The notes under the pieces: generated by a model
What the model was told of the DNA's origin: nothing
Databases searched by the model: none
Seen by the model: the letters and a program-made list of their open reading frames with translations, nothing else
Shown: positions 39,331 through 53,164 of the stretch, one piece after another
How the letters are laid out: the number at the start of each line of letters is the position of its first letter
Numbering within the stretch: position 1 is the stretch's first letter
NCBI GenBank assembly: GCA_053919585.1
Contig: CM132785.1
Length of the DNA: 64,000 bases
From: Euprymna scolopes
Taxonomy: Eukaryota
Strand: one strand, 5' to 3'
Translations under genes and position numbers: made by a program

Positions 39331-41887
39331 TTTAATAAATCTATCGTAATGTATGTTTCGATTAATGTAATACTTATATTTCTTATTTTATTTTAATCCC
39401 ATCGTTTGACTGCATGCATATTAGTAACAGTAAAAGCCCCATAATTCAATCCCCAGGTTATACATTAAGCAATTTTTAATGTAAATTGTTGCGTGAAACT
39501 GTACATATAGTCATGAACATATTGAATTACCTATTGTGTGACAGCTTTTTCATTATAGTAAGCGAAAAATTGAAACAGNNNNNNNNNNNNNNNNNNNNNN
39601 NNNNNNNNNNNNNNNNNNNNNNNNNNNNNNNNNNNNNNNNNNNNNNNNNNNNNNNNNNNNNNNNNNNNNNNNNNNNNNNNNNNNNNNNNNNNNNNNNNNN
39701 NNNNNNNNNNNNNNNNNNNNNNNNNNNNNNNNNNNNNNNNNNNNNNNNNNNNNNNNNNNNNNNNNNNNNNNNNNNNNNNNNNNNNNNNNNNNNTTTCAGG
39801 GGAATTGTACATTAAGAATAAGTTTTTGCCTATTCAGCAGAAAAACACACACGATCCAATTCGAGAGACTGTGTCGTTGAACAGAAGGAATTGACAGCCG
39901 TTTTGCGCGCAAGGCAAATAGATGGTGAGGTCCGCATGCGTGGTGGTTCTGTTTTACATAGTGGATGCCGTGCAAGTCGGTTGCACGTGCTTTGTAGCTA
40001 ACAAATAGTACGCCTGAAATATTCAGATTGGTCCAGTCAAGCAACCGCAAACACGCGAAATGGATGCTAAAAAGCGCAGAGAAATATGAATAAGAAAAAA
40101 GAAAGATACTTTTTTAACCTGAAGATACCGAACACAATTTTACAAATATAATGATAGAAACTACAAGAAAAGGAAAAAAAATTAAAGCTAGAAATAAGAA
40201 ATGCTTGTGATTTCCTTCGGTTACACGAAGAAAAAAGTGATGGCTAGGTGAACAAAATCGTGAATATTGGCTATGTGCATAATGATAAAGACGTTAGTTG
40301 ATTCTTTCTCATCCTATACGGTGCGTGGTTAGTCTAGTAGATGTTTGCGCAGCTTATGAGATCATTGAACGTGACGACGTGCATACATTTTAATAGAAAA
40401 GTTAGTTAGTTTTGTTATTTACGAGGGTCGTTTCAAAAGAAAAACCTCATATTTTGACCACGTAAAGTTGAAGAGCTACGAAAGCTTGAATCGTATCGTT
40501 AAAATTGCGAAAATCAGTGTTCCAGATTTTTTTCACAAACTTACCGCCTTTCGCAATGCGTTTTTGCCAGAAATTTAAGTACTTATCTCTGATCTTAACG
40601 TAAGTCAATGCCAGTACTTTTCTTAGCTTCACATTGTTAATATCTGCAACTGAAAAATAAAATAATTCCAGTCATCATAAAATAGATATTTGCAATTTCC
40701 TTTGATCCATTCGGGCGGAATAAAAAATAAGAGTTATTACTTTTGTAAGAGCGCTCGTAGTTATGTTTATTTTTAGTAATAAATTTAAAGTATAATTAAG
40801 AAATTTTCACGGAATTTAGAACAGGAAACTTCATTTAATCCAGGGGAGATGGGTTAAATTTGTTCTAGTTCTGTCAGTCTTATTCTTAGTATTGTCTGAG
40901 GATTGAATCTTCAACATCCAAGAGAGTTTTATTTAGAAACTAATTTTTTGCAGTACATTATCCATTACACCATAGCTCATTGACGATTTTAATGTCTGAA
41001 GAAGATAGGAGAGTACATCGACTAAACCGTTGTAAAAATAACACTGAAGGTGAAAAAAGTAGGCCAAATAATGTCAATGGTGCATATTTATTACAATTTT
41101 GATCATGTGATTATGCGTAAGAGGCACCAATAACATTGGTTATACAAAGTGCAATGTCTATTGAATCTAATGCAGTCATGTAGAAAGGAGTGCTCTCACT
41201 AGTGACGTGAGTGTAAAAAATATAAAGATATTTTGATTGATTGAGATATTAAGTGTATAATACGCTCTTATTCTTAGAACAAACATGGGTCATTTTTCTT
41301 TTCAATAATTATAGAGATAGAGATATTATTTGTACCATAAATTATATTTATATATGCACGATAAACGCACTATTACGGACAAGTATGGAAGAGAAATATA
41401 TTTGACTAAAAAGAGAGAAACAATGCTATTGCTTCAAACTTCTGATCATTCTACCACTACAACTGAAGAAAAAATCATGTTATCTTATTTCGAAACATAA
41501 TTATATTTGTTGCTTATTTTAGAATTACATTCAATTAAAAAGAAAACAAATATAAAAAAATCTTTATGGTGTATGCATCTATAGCAGAACGAAGATGTCA
41601 CATTTCAAACATCACTTAAATTGATCAATTAATTGTTTTATTTAATCAAAGAAAACCAAATTTTCTGAAGATGAGATAGTGTAGCTGGAAACCGGTCTGT
41701 TGTTTAAGAATTTCAATAGCGACAACGTTAATCGATTACAAAGATTTAATTTTTTTTTCCACAATAATTTTAAAATTGTTAATTGCTAAAAAAAAAAAAA
41801 AAAAAAAGTAGCCAAGTTCGATGTTACATATTGAAGTAAAACTACTTGATCTATTTACGGGATAGGGTTTTTCTTTCAAATAACATC

Positions 41888-42920
41888 TTAGCAATTATAT
41901 AAAACTAATAAGTCGATAGTGTATTCAAGATTTCTATAAAGTTTATTATTCGATAGTGCATTTACCAATTATATAAAACTTATAAATTGGTTTTGCATTT
42001 AGTAATTATATTAAGCTTGAAATCGATAATGCATTTAATAGATTTATCAAGCTTATAAATTGATATTGGATTTGTAAATTATATAATACTTGTAAATCCA
42101 TAGTGAATTTAGCCAGTTTATACAGCTTGTGAATTGATATAAAATTTAGATATTATATAAAGCTCAAGATTTGATAGTACATTTCTCAATAATATAAATC
42201 TTATGAATCGATGGTTCAATTTGCAATTATATAAAGCTTATGAGTTGGCAATGTATTTAGCAATTATATAAAACTCATAAATTGATAATGCGTTTAGCAA
42301 TTAGATAAATCTTATGAATCGATAATGGGTTTAGCAATTATATAAATCTTATGAATTGATAATGGGTTTAGCAATTATATAAGCTTAGAAATGTATAATG
42401 CATTAAGTAATTATATGCAGCTTATGAATTGAGAGTGTAATTAGAATTATATAACGCTTATAAAACTGTGTTGCCATTTCAAATGTATAATGCAAATAAA
42501 TCGATACTGTATTGGGTTTTCTATAAGGATTATAAATTTCTAATGTATTTACTAATGATATAAAGTTTATAAATCGATATAGCAATTGCATAAAGTTTGT
42601 AAACCGATAATGTATTTAACAATTCTGTAATGCTTATAAATTGGTGTGTCCTTTAGTAATTATATAAAGCTTATAATTCTATAATTTATTTAGCAATTAT
42701 ATGAATCTCATAAATCGTTAATGTATTTAGCAATTATATTAAGCTTATAAATCGACGGTGTATTTAGTAATTCTATAAAACTTATAAATCGATAATGTAT
42801 TTATCGATAGCGCATACAACAATTTTATGAGGCTTAAAAATTGATAATGTGTTTAGTAATTTTATAATACTTTTTAATCACTGTTGCTTAGCAATTATAT
42901 AAAAATTAGATGTCGATAAT
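41888..42920. repeat. Degenerate ~37-38-bp minisatellite, roughly 27 units
   Basis: Consensus approximately TTAGCAATTATATAAARCTTATAAATCGATAATGTAT, repeated head to tail. Confidence 0.92.
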
Positions 42921-44099
42921 TATATTCATTTTAAAAATTGTATTATATGATTTACACAAAGATCAAACAATAAAATGTACATTTATGTTAAAACAACTGC
43001 ATCATAAACAAACCATCTAACTATTTATATAAAAGAAACAAATTCTATTTCCTAAGAATATATATGTTAAAAATCTATAGGTAGAAATTTGATTTTAATC
43101 AAATTATGAAAATTAATCCACAAATAGCAAACATAAAATACACTTTTCTCCTAAATATGTACTTATGACTGTTAAAAGTGTTCAAATAATCAAATAGCCA
43201 GTGTGCAATTAAATACTGTCTTATAATTAACACAAATTTTGAATTTTAATACGTCATTTAAAATCATCATAGATTTTCGAAGGAATCGAATGCTGAGTGA
43301 AGTAAGTTACGGTAGAATTAAACGATGCATTTCTTTGTTAGAGTTACTCAATTTATAAATATCTCAGTCAATTAACTTAATTGTATAAATTTGTCTAAAA
43401 ACAGGCCAATTCTGAGTCTACAACACTGACATAAGAAAACAACGAAACGATATTTTCATATTCACTAAATATATTGACCATTGGATAACATACCAATGTC
43501 TTCATATAGATGACTGTGACGCGGATATTCAACGTATATACAACCTCATATAATCTAACCACCAGACAACACACATATGTATAATATCTGTTTGTGTCCC
43601 ATAAACAGTAAATATACTAGAACAGTTTTGTTTCGCGAATACCTTTTTGTTAAGAAAAGACAAATACTTCAAAGTAAAAAGTATTTTCCCCAAAAGGAAG
43701 CTAAACTGAAACCACAAGGTTTTCTTAGCGCAAACTAGTGGAAAACGAATGACTGTTTCCTTCTTAGCTGTTCTAACTTTGTCAAATGTTATTTCTTTTA
43801 AAATATCGAAACATTCTTACTTTTTACTAATTATACAAAAATGGTTGATCTTCACGCAACTCTAGCACAAATGATAAACTACAAATTCAGCAGCAGGAAA
43901 AGTAGAATGAATAACAAGACAATTATTTGAATGAGAGAAATGCATATCAACAACCCATTGAATAATGAGAAATTCGTATTGAGGAGTTATTAAAACACTC
44001 TGTACGCGGATAATAATACTGCATTTTCAAAAAATTATATATGGCAGCAATTGACAAATTATGTTATGTATTGGAAGAAGATAAATCGTTTGCGGCATA

Positions 44100-45461
44100 T
44101 TTTTTTTACAAGGTGATCACGATTTATCAAGGCCCAGAAGCCACTCAGAATTATTGCATGTACAGTACGTTGGTGTTGGGATTTAATAAAGTGTATACTT
44201 AAGGGGGTGGTTCGTCAGGAATTTGTTTGCGTTGGACTTGAAGACATCCAGGTTGTAGTCAGGTGGGAAGCAGGCAGACGGAACAGAGTTCCACAGGCTT
44301 GCAGTTCTAAGAAAGAAGCTTTGTTCATGGAATCTACGTTTTTATTTAGGCACAGATAAAGAGTGGGGAAAGTTTTTGACAGTGGTTTCAGCTAGACGGG
44401 TGTTTTTTGTAAAAGATTGGCGAGGGGGGGGGACTAGAGATTGGAGCTAAGACAAGCACCTGCCATGGAAATAACGATAAAACAAAGATAGGATCACAAC
44501 GTCTCTTCTGTGGGAGAAAGGTTGCAGGTAAGAGAAAAGGGCATCCCCCACTAAGCCACGAAGTCTATTTTGTACTCTGTCAAGGCAGGGCAGGCTGTTT
44601 TAGCAGCTGCTGCCCAGATATGCTAGCAGTATTCCATCCTTTGACGTACTTGGCTTTTATATAGACAGAGAATTGCATCAGTAGTGAGATATCTTCTGGA
44701 GCGGTAGAAGGAACCCACCATCTTTTCAGCGACCTTGGCAACAGACTTGATGTACGTGTTCCATTTCAGATCAGGAGTAAAGGTCAAACCCAGAAGATTG
44801 TCAAAACATGGGGTTTCTCCCAGACGAGAGCCATCCATCCCAATTGATGCCAGATGGGGATCAGAGCGTTGATGATGTAAAGATAGGAGTTTGGTTTTAG
44901 ATGCATTAAAGGTAACCAGCAACGTCTTCTCCCCACTGAACCACGCGCTCGAGATCAGAGGACAGAGAATCAGAGAGAACTTTGATGTGTTGCTGTAGAT
45001 GGTCGTGTCATCAGCATAGATATCAACGACTGATTAAAGTATGTGTTTAGGGAGGTCATTGATGTAGATCAGGAAAAGAGTTGGGCCCAGGATGGACCCT
45101 TGAGTGACTCCAGCATTAATACTGCAGGCCTCTGATTTTTGTCCATCGACCACTACTCTTATGAGCCTATCAGAGTGAAATGATTTAATGATAGAAAGAA
45201 TATTTCCAGTTATACCGTAGCTGGAAATCTTGTGAAGTTATGCCATACCTTGTCGAGGGCTTTTGATATGTCAAGAACAATTGCCCTAGAAAGGGAGCAT
45301 TTGTCAAGAGATTCACTAATCCTATGAGATATAACCCTTAGCACATCTGCGGTAGATCTTGCAGAACGGAAATCATATTGCGTGTCACTAAGAAGGTTAT
45401 TTCTGCTGAGGTGGTTTACTATTTCTCTATTTAATATGGATTCCAGCAACTTACTCAGCAT
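44100..45461 (-). mobile_element. CR1-group LINE, family A, 5'-truncated
   Basis: Highly similar to 12396-13790; RT motifs and poly(A) tail. Confidence 0.92.
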
Positions 45462-46049
45462 CCTATAGAAAATGTGAAGACTCCTTTAGTATAGACTGTC
45501 AGCGTTAGTCCGACCAGAAAAAAAGTTCGTTTGCTATGACACAAATTGTATAATGCTGAACACATTAAGCTAGTGGATTTTATTTTGTCAAGAAAAACTT
45601 CTAAGCTATATTTCGCCAATACACTAAAACCCCTTTCTATAAATCGTGGAATTGCTTAAATTTGGTTAAAAACGACAAAAATGATTTCGCAATTTATATG
45701 GTTGTTTTTAATAAACACTTGTACGATTTTAAACTATCAGATCTCAGTGTGAACAATTTTAAATTACTATTGTTCGCAGGAGGGGGGCTTACCTCAGGTA
45801 ACAATGCAGGAATACAAAAGGTATATTCTAACACAATTAGAAGATGAACCACGTTTAACTCTACAAAAGTTAACAGAATACTGTCAGAATATAAAATCAT
45901 TAAGAAAGACTCTAAAGATACTTATTCTGGCATCCAACTTATAAAACGTAGATAAATAACCTTACACGCACGTAACAAATAAAATCCAAGATAAGGAGGA
46001 ATTATTACGCATATCCCCACTCATTCGAATTTCAAATGGAACACTTTCC

Positions 46050-46860
46050 TCTACCTATAACTGATGTGAAAGTGCGCATTGGATACGAGATTGACTATAT
46101 TTAGCTAGAAAAATTCTTGATATGTAAAATAATAGGAAGAAAAGGTTCCATTGCAGGAATAAACATAAAATTAAAAGTGGGTGCGCGCTTAATGAAAACC
46201 GTTGAAAATCACGGTGAAAGTGTACGTAAATATGTAAGAATAAAAATTCTTTCAAAAAAAAACATTTTATATCACTGAGATTCAGGCTCAGACCTATAAA
46301 TAGGAAATTTAAATTGCATAGACTCACTATTAAAATCTCACAAAACAACGAAGACCGTAACCAGCACACAAATCAACCTTGTTGGAAAATTTCTAAGCGG
46401 AGTTACACGACTTGGAAAACTAAAGAAATAAAAGTTTCCGTATCACCGAATACCACGAATTTACGATGTTTGGGCTGGATGCATGAATTCAAATCATGGA
46501 ACTTACTAATATACACGTTCTGCAGAAAAGCATAATTATTTTTCTCAGAAACAGAGAATTTGATTTTAGACTTAAAAAAAAACAATTTACAGAAATGGCC
46601 GCACGTGCAGAAATGTACAAAAATAACTTGTTCCCCTGAAGAAAGAACTGGAGAAGTCTGCAAGAAAAAACGTCGAAACATTCATTCCTGCTTCAAAAAG
46701 ACCGATTGAAATATGGGGAAAGCCACGACGGTTAAGAAATTATATATATTATCCAGGAAGAAGTTGCCTGTATACGAACGCAAAGGAATTCAGTGGTGAA
46801 ATAGTATTCAAGCTTTATCGCCCGGATTACATCTTGTCGAAAAAAAAGAAAACACCAACG
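46050..46860 (+). pseudogene. Decayed Tc1/mariner-like transposase
   Basis: Fragments resembling VWAG, Q(N/D)G..H and PIEIWG motifs occur in the expected order; heavily disrupted. Confidence 0.4.
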
Positions 46861-46861
46861 A

Positions 46862-46962
46862 TAGATTTTTTGAAGTAACAAATTTAAATTCTTCCTTTTT
46901 TTGGTGAATTGGCTATTCACCAAAAAAAGGAAGAATTTAAATGTGTTACTTCAAAAAATCTA
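46862..46962. repeat. Near-perfect palindrome (~47-bp arms)
   Basis: TAGATTTTTTGAAGTAAC..GGTGAAT / ATTCACC..GTTACTTCAAAAAATCTA. Confidence 0.92.
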
Positions 46963-47146
46963 AATAAAAAATATTTTCAAATTCCGGTTGCCATAGAAAC
47001 AAAGCCAAATTAAAATTCCAGTCAGAAGAAAAGCAGCGAATCGAAACATGATACATTTATAGTTTCCTTCCCGTTATGGGAAGGATTCTAACACTGTTTT
47101 CTTTTGGTCTATGTTCGTTTTCTTCTTCTGCATTTTTCCTTTTACT

Positions 47147-47186
47147 ATCCTGATGATTTCCCCTGCAATAGGGACGAAACGTTGAT
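47147..47186 (+). ncRNA. Minimal hammerhead ribozyme motif, same family as 2658-2701
   Basis: ATC-CTGATGA-TTTCCCCT-GCAAT-AGGGAC-GAAA-CGTT-GAT, upstream of (TA)n. Confidence 0.75.
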
Positions 47187-47299
47187 CATCATTTTATAAA
47201 TTCATTTCGGTTTTTCTTTTTTCAAAACAACATAACGTCAACCATCGCTGATATTTATATATACATATATATATATATACATATATATATGTATATATG

Positions 47300-47346
<47 letters not shown>

Positions 47347-48055
47347 GTATGTGTTTATCGTACAAGATAAAATTGTAAGCTTATTAACTTAATATTTTTT
47401 TAAATATTGCTCAGCGTACATATGTTTAACACGAATTGCAGTTATACGAATGTTAAAAAGTACAATTTAATATTAAAGATTCAGTTTGTTTATAGCATTT
47501 AAACGAATATTATGTTTTCTTCCTTGTATATTACTTTTCATTATAAAGAGTTAATATTACAAATTTACATTGAATTGGATTGTTAGTTATTAAATACCAG
47601 TTTAACAAGATTTCATAAATCTCAATATTTTAATAAATTTCAAGAAAAGGAATTGGATGTTATTAAGGTCTAAAAAGTAAGCTACGCATAAGGTATAGCA
47701 TAATTATATCTTCTATTCAAAGTATAAATTTTACTCTTCATAAAATGAATACGTCGTTTGTGCACATATATGTATAAATGCATTGCTTTTGCATCTTTTT
47801 AAATATTTATTTGTCTATGTAGAATGTTTAGTCTACTCATGTAAATTCCGATATCATTTTACATCAACAAGTTTTATATTATTAATGTCGGTTAAACTCT
47901 CATAAACGTTTCGTACTTTCTTTAAATTCTCCTTGAGATCTAAAAAAAGAAACTATATGAGACTAAGCCTATTTTAAATTAAAGCTTGGATTAGGCAATT
48001 AGTCATGAATTTCATACTTTTTCGCCAATATACTTTCCTTTTCCCTCAAAAGCAG

Positions 48056-48530
48056 AGACAGGCTCGCAACGTTTCTTCTGTCGGAGAAAGGTTGCAGGGA
48101 AGAGAAAAGGGCACCCCTCACTAAGCTATGAAGTATATTTTGAACTCTGTCAATGTAGGATAATTCTTTCTAGCAGCTCCTGTCCAAATTTGGCAACAGT
48201 ACTCCATCCTTGGACGTACTTGACTTTTATATAGATAGAGAATTGCATCAATAGTGAGATATCTTCTGGAGCGGTAGAAGGATCCAACCATTTTTCCAGC
48301 GACCTTGCCAACAGATTTGATGTACGTGTTCCATTTCAGATAAAGGGTAGAGGTCAAGCCCAGAAGCTTGTCAAAACATGGAGCCTCCTCAAGACGAGAG
48401 CCTTTCATTTCAATTAATGTGAGATTGGGATCAGAGCGTTGATGATAGAATTGTCTTTTATATGCATTAAAAGTAACCCGCCACCTCTTTCCCCATTGTA
48501 CCACGTGCTCAAGATAAGAGGAGGGAGAAT
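48056..48530 (-). mobile_element. CR1-group LINE, family A, internal fragment
   Basis: ORF 48121-48504 containing LYKSQVRPRMEYCCQIW. Confidence 0.9.
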
Positions 48531-49274
48531 AAAAGAATCTGTTGTTTTTTGTAGAGGTTTTTGTTTGATAAAATTCCCTTGTATTTTCTGCTAGTTATCC
48601 CTAATGAACGATAATACTCTTGAATTTTACTATCTTGTTGATTTTTTTTTTCAAGAAAAAAATGTAATTTGTATAAAACCTCTTGTTTTTCTATTATTTT
48701 TTATTAGACACCCTAATTTTCAAATTACAGTCTATTGTTTTATGTTGAACAAAGCATACATTTTTAACTTTACGAAAGTATGGAGAAAGACTATTTGATT
48801 CTGTAACTTACTTAGAGATTTATCTTCTTAATTTTATCTGAAAATGTTTATTAAGTAAAATTTGGGGAATATTTTCCTGTGTAAAAAAGCGATGTTTTAT
48901 TCTTTTTTACGCCTTTATTATTATGGTTCCCAAGTATCAGTTGAAGGATTTTCTTGTTTCTTTGTTATACGACTGTATTTTATATGGTTTCGGTGTGTAA
49001 ATACTGGTGGGAGTTTAATACGTTTGCTTTTTTTGTTCGAAGACGGGTTTGTTGTTGGTAGCCCTGTTTATGAATTCCTCGTCCTCAGATTTGTGTAGCC
49101 TGGAAATTTCACTAAGATGCGAGCTGAGATGTAATTTAGAAAAAGATATTTATTTTAATAAAGACAGAATACATAGCGAACAAAAGCTGTACTTAATGCA
49201 AACATGACATACAAAAACAGGCGCTCTGGATTGCTACTGCTTGATATATTTACAACGTTTAGGAGAATTCATAT

Positions 49275-50960
49275 TTTTTATTGCATTTTCACACCAAACA
49301 AGGCATAGTGCGACTTTGATGTAGGGGCTACTACCGGGCACATAAATAGCAGGGATACTATGTAAGGAGTTGAACAGCAAGATGTATGTTCACATAACAT
49401 TTAACTTCTGCATGCTAGTACAGTCAGGGAAGCAGTAACTAGGAAGAGAATTATAAAGTCTACCAGTTCTGGGAAATAAACTATTAGAGTATAAGGCTTT
49501 CTCTATTGTGTGCGGTGGGATTCTGCTACTTGTCGGGTTTGTCTGAGGTATGTATGTCAATGGGCTACCAGGGCATGTAATTCGTTAGATCATCTACCAT
49601 TAAAATACTTGTAAAATGGGCAGAGAGAGGCAACATTTCGTCAATGATCCAGAGGCCGAAGCCTATCTGACAGTTCGGGACTTATTAAGTTGGCGACTCT
49701 CTTTTGAACCTTGTCAAGAGGGAGAGACTAGTAGCAGATGCACCAGCCTAAATTAACAGCAATACTCCATACGTGAGTGAATGGTGGTCTTGTAAATGTG
49801 CAGCATACTTACAGGCGTACGAAAATTTCTAACACGGTAGAGAGAGCCCACCTTCCTCGCAGCAGACGCGGCAATGCCTTCGATGTCTGTTGCAACTCAT
49901 GCTGCATGTGAACGTTAAGCGGAGGAGTTTGCCCAAGTAATTTCAGGTAATGTATCATTAGACATTTTGGTTGCAAAGGTTACTGGTAATTATTAAAATT
50001 AAAACAGCTTAGTCTTGGAAACATCGAATGTTACCATCCATTTTTTTCTCATTTTAATACTGATTGGAGGTCTTTCAATAGGGTTTCCTCCATTGTATTG
50101 GGTATGTGTTCATTCGTTTTCCTCTCGTGCCTATTATACAGTGTGGAGTCTTCAGTAAATATACCTATCATAGGGATGTTTTATCAGGTAGGTCAGTTAT
50201 GAATGTCATGATTATTAAACGTCCAAGGATAGATCCCTGGGGTACACTCGCATTTATATTATATTGTTTTGAAGTGCGACCATCGAGGGCAAACTAAATT
50301 CTTTTTCTTATTTAAGAACGATTTAATTGTGTTAAGTATTCTTCCAGTAATACCATATAATCTGATTTTCCTGAGAATGCCACCGTTCCATACCCTGTCA
50401 AAATCCTTAGATATATCTAGCTTCCTCGTGCATGTCATATACGTTCAGAGATTACAGTTAAGATATCTGCTGCAGTACGGGCTTGCCTAACCCGATACTG
50501 TTGGTCAGACAGAATGTTTACAAAATGTAAGGTGGTGGACTAGAGCTTTATTAATTATGGAGTAAAATATGTTGGAGAAAACAGGGATGGGGCTAATGGG
50601 GCGATAATATAATGAGTCAGTTCTTTCGCCAGAATACTTGTAAACTGGTACCACAAAGCGGTTTCCAGCAGTCAAAAAATTTGTTAAGGCATTTGTTGAA
50701 AAGTTTTGAAAGAACTGGAGTAACGTCAGCGTAGAATTTTTTAATAGTATAGCCGGAATGAGATCAGATTCGCATTCTATTGAGGTTTCCAGGTTTTTAT
50801 GATACCATGTACTTGAGAATCGGTGATTCTCGGATCATCTAGCGTGTTTTTTTTTCGGCAAAGGAAAATAATAGAGGGAGTGTTTTTCTGGGTCCAATGT
50901 AGAGTTTGAGGCAAATCGACGGGTAAGCATGCTAGTCTTCTCAGTTGCCGTGTAAACACT
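49275..50960 (-). mobile_element. CR1-group LINE, family B, old 5'-truncated copy
   Basis: Collinear with 32433-34170, with many disabling mutations. Confidence 0.85.
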
Positions 50961-52186
50961 ATATATTGTGTATAGGTGAGTACTTTCAACAATTAAATTA
51001 ACTTAATAACTATTAGTCTATCTTTTTTAAGTTTATTCTCTTTAATTAAGTATTGAAGCCTAATAGGTTAAATTAATAACATTTATTGCCTAAATGTTTC
51101 AACATATATTTAAATATATCATAACATTGAAACAAACAAAAAACTCATATTTGCATACTGAATGCAAGAGACTACAAGACGTTTTAAGGGGAAATCGAAT
51201 AGAGAATGACAAAGATAAAAGAATAGAGAAGAGAGCATCATAAGAGGATAATAATGGCATATTTAAAAGTACTCAGAAGAATAACACTTTTTAGTTTATA
51301 AAAATATATGACAGATTTATTGTGGATTTAGTAGGGGGTGGGACGATGCGTCCGGCCAAGGCAGAGGAGATTAAGTTTTGCCTGGAGAAAGGTGCGTACT
51401 TTTGAATTTGGTCACTGGTTCAGCTTTTGTTTTCAAAATGAAAACAAAAATTCAACACAATCAGCTGATCAATTAACGGCAACGTCGGGTCTCCCTACTA
51501 ATATTCTATAAATGAAAGCTTATTTCCCTCATCCAATACATATATTATTATTATTTTACCTGCATTGATTTCTTTATTGTTCAAAATCCTGCGAATTTAA
51601 ATAATTCTTAGGCGACTAATTGTAATTTTTAATTGAAAGTGATTATATTGGATATATTTTATGAGCCGTGGCGTACGTACGCGCTCTATAGAGTGCCATT
51701 TATATATAATTATTTAGTTTTTTGTTGCATTAACTTTAAAATTATGCTGATATATTTAGTTAATGTTTTAAAAACAAAACACAAACATACAGCAGCTAAT
51801 GCGCAAACGAACGGATCTTGTCATTTTCAAAGCTAATAAGCAAAAAATACGGTACGAAAACTATATAAACACATTTTTTAAGAAAAACGTACATGTTTAT
51901 TATTAAGATAACGACAGCCTTCGTGACTAAGTGCGATAAATTACAGAAAAGTAGAATAAAACAAAGTAACAGAACACACACATTTCCTATTAGCTACCTT
52001 TTTTGAAATCCATCGGGTTGAACATGTTCGCTGGCGTTGTATACGCTATTAATTTAACACATTTATTCATATGTATTATCGTTGCTTTGAAAAAAGACTT
52101 GTAGCCTTGAACAATGGAGCTAAATTAATTTGCTAAAATAAATAAAAATTAATTCATACCTACCTCTTTTCTTATATATACATATA

Positions 52187-52239
<53 letters not shown>

Positions 52240-52429
52240 ACGTATGTTTACTGAATTATATTCCACGTTTTGCTTGTACTAATCCTTTATTATATGAAGC
52301 TCGTTGTAATTGCAGAGCATATAACAAATACATGACAAAAGTATATATACTAAATTTAAAATGTTGACCATGTTACCGTTTATTCCTTTAAGTAAGTTGG
52401 CATGCACAATTCTTGGTAGCACTTATTCA

Positions 52430-52775
52430 TTAGCGCAAAATCATTTATTTAATTATTATATCAATCAATGAATTTATTTCGCCCTTAGTACATAAGAAAA
52501 AAACACTTGTCAATTTTAAAAGACAGGCACATGGGCATGATTACAAAATCCGAAAATTGGAGGAAAATTTACAATTGACTTATTTACTTTCTTACGCTAT
52601 CTTGGCAAAAGGTATTTGCAACTCCTTTCCTAATTTTCGGATTTTGTAATCATGTGCATATGGCATTATTTGGTTTTTATTTTTCAAATTGATAAGTGCT
52701 TTGTTCTTTTGATGAGTCAGAGGCGAAATAAATTCATTTATTGATATAATAATTTAATGAATGAGTTTGAGCTAC
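52430..52775. mobile_element. Foldback MITE (~130-bp arms)
   Basis: AATGAATTTATTTCGCC..CATGATTACAAAATCCGAAAATT and its reverse complement. Confidence 0.8.
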
Positions 52776-53052
52776 GAAACAGATGATGTAAACCATTGTG
52801 CATATCAACGTACTTAAAGAATATGAACATGACTTTTGTCATATATATGTATGTATGTATATATGTGTGTGTGTGCATTACACTTACAATCGAGTATCGA
52901 GCGCTTTGAATATCTTCGATCCATGTATGAACATTGATATAAAGATCCGCTCCGTTCCAGCTAAGTAAAGGGAGCCTATTATTATAATGCACCAACCAAC
53001 TCTATCCCACTAAACGAAAACAAATAGTGGAAAATCGTCAGATGGTACCGAG

Positions 53053-53074
53053 CCGAATATGGGTTAATATGCTC

Positions 53075-53142
<68 letters not shown>

Positions 53143-53164
53143 GGGCATATTAACCCATATTCGG
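53053..53164. repeat. Palindrome: ~25-bp inverted arms around (TA)n
   Basis: CCGAATATGGGTTAATATGCTCCTC-(AT)n-GAGGGGCATATTAACCCATATTCGG. Confidence 0.95.

Noticed and set aside
37275-39793. N runs as hidden genes
   Set aside because: The first two gaps fall in a duplicated microsatellite unit whose missing sequence can be seen in the neighbouring copy. The third (39579-39793) has IR-like flanks. These are assembly gaps and their content cannot be read.
40420-40450. Mariner-like TIR TACGAGGGTCGTTTCAAAAG as an element
   Set aside because: No partner TIR or transposase found nearby.
41888-42920. 37-bp periodic array as a CRISPR array
   Set aside because: Units are contiguous and uniformly degenerate, with no unique spacers, no cas genes, and a eukaryotic context.
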